A stretch of 46,249 nucleotides of DNA. Source: Candidatus Micrarchaeota archaeon (GTDB lineage Archaea > Micrarchaeota > Micrarchaeia > Norongarragalinales > UBA8480). The translations under genes were made by a program, and so were the position numbers. The stretch covers positions 1-46,249 of the forward strand of contig CAYMAH010000064.1 in NCBI GenBank assembly GCA_964388435.1, read 5' to 3'. How positions within the stretch are numbered: position 1 is the first letter of the stretch; every line of letters starts with the position of its first letter. Positions 45,570-46,249 of the stretch are shown piece by piece. Under the pieces are notes generated by a model. The model saw only the letters and a list, made by a program, of their open reading frames with translations, was not told the DNA's origin and ran no database searches.

Positions 45570-46249
45570 ATGAGGTTTAAGTTTTTACTTTTAATTATCT
45601 CAGTATTCCTTTTTGTTATCTTTTCTAATATAACCACCGCTCAAAGCGCTGTAGCGAACTGTCCATCTCCTTATACTCCTTCTTGCGGTGGCAGTACATC
45701 TGCACCAACCTGTTCTTCAAGTGGTGGCACACCATCATGCAGCACCGTAAATCCAATTTGTAAGGCAAGTCCTCCTGATTTTAATTGTACTGGTTATACA
45801 ACTGCAGGGTGCTTGGCTAATAATGCTCCGGCTTGCATCTACACTCAAAGCCAAGACGCGCCAAGCTGCTCAGGAACACTACTATTCCCTGGCTGCTCTA
45901 AGGGAGTGCCGGGTTGTTATTTTCTTATTTTTTCTTCTTCTTACGCTCCTAGTTGCTCAATTGCTGGGACTTATCCAGCATGCGACCAAAATAATAATTT
46001 GGTTTGCATAACTACTTTAGGATGTCAATCTTCTAGTGAAACCCCTGGTTGTACAACTGTTTATTCTGCGGGTCAAAACATACCGTTTTGTAAGATCACT
46101 CCCACTCCCACCTGTGTTGCTGGTACTTGTGCTAGTAGTGGTGCTCAGACTTGTCCTTCTGGTCAGACTTGTGTGAGTAATGCTTGTGTTGCTGGTACTT
46201 GTGCTAGTAGTGGTGCTCAGACTTGTCCTTCTGGTCAGACTTGTGTGAG
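45570..46249 (+). CDS. Secreted Cys-rich repeat protein (partial, runs off window)
   Basis: Open frame from ATG 45570 to the window end, absent from the ORF track; signal peptide MRFKFLLLIISVFLFVIFS; regularly spaced Cys with P-x-C motifs. Confidence 0.85.
   Translation, partial: MRFKFLLLIISVFLFVIFSNITTAQSAVANCPSPYTPSCGGSTSAPTCSSSGGTPSCSTVNPICKASPPDFNCTGYTTAGCLANNAPACIYTQSQDAPSCSGTLLFPGCSKGVPGCYFLIFSSSYAPSCSIAGTYPACDQNNNLVCITTLGCQSSSETPGCTTVYSAGQNIPFCKITPTPTCVAGTCASSGAQTCPSGQTCVSNACVAGTCASSGAQTCPSGQTCV
46113..46249 (+). repeat. 72-bp coding tandem repeat (CVAGTCASSGAQTCPSGQTCVSNA)
   Basis: Unit 1 is 46113-46184; unit 2 from 46185 is identical over the 65 bp visible. Confidence 0.92.

Noticed and set aside
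45823-46011. 62-aa ORF from the track
   Set aside because: It lies out of frame within the longer Cys-rich ORF starting at 45570.
46113-46249. CRISPR array
   Set aside because: Head-to-tail 72-bp in-frame coding repeats without spacers; no cas genes in the window.

Overview
AT-rich archaeal chromosomal segment. TATA/BRE promoters, archaeal-type TyrS/SerS, FEN-1, archease, NAC and a box C/D sRNA are visible; DPANN, possibly Micrarchaeota-like, is an inference. The window opens in the 3' part of a tRNA-Leu gene carrying a BHB-bounded intron in its variable arm. A decayed island follows (cdc6/orc1 relic, intact Type III R-M, a nuclease fragment, and the 3' tail of merA), then htpX-lemA and a box C/D guide RNA predicted to methylate 23S G2251. 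The most unusual feature is a 2,972-bp transposase-less element (7938-10909). It has 51-bp terminal inverted repeats, an 8-bp target-site duplication and a dif/Xer-like site embedded in each end, and carries a Type II R-M pair, a candidate non-HTH regulator with operator repeats, and a PIN-like gene pair. Next come bacterial-type nrdR with tandem NrdR boxes behind an archaeal TATA box, two convergent class II ribonucleotide reductases, tRNA-Ile and tRNA-Glu. The rest is mostly housekeeping, transport and surface genes, with two vapBC loci, a vapC pseudogene, a stand-alone LigD/Prim-Pol-like polymerase and a Cys-rich tandem-repeat surface protein running off the right edge. All family assignments are by motif recognition; no searches were run.
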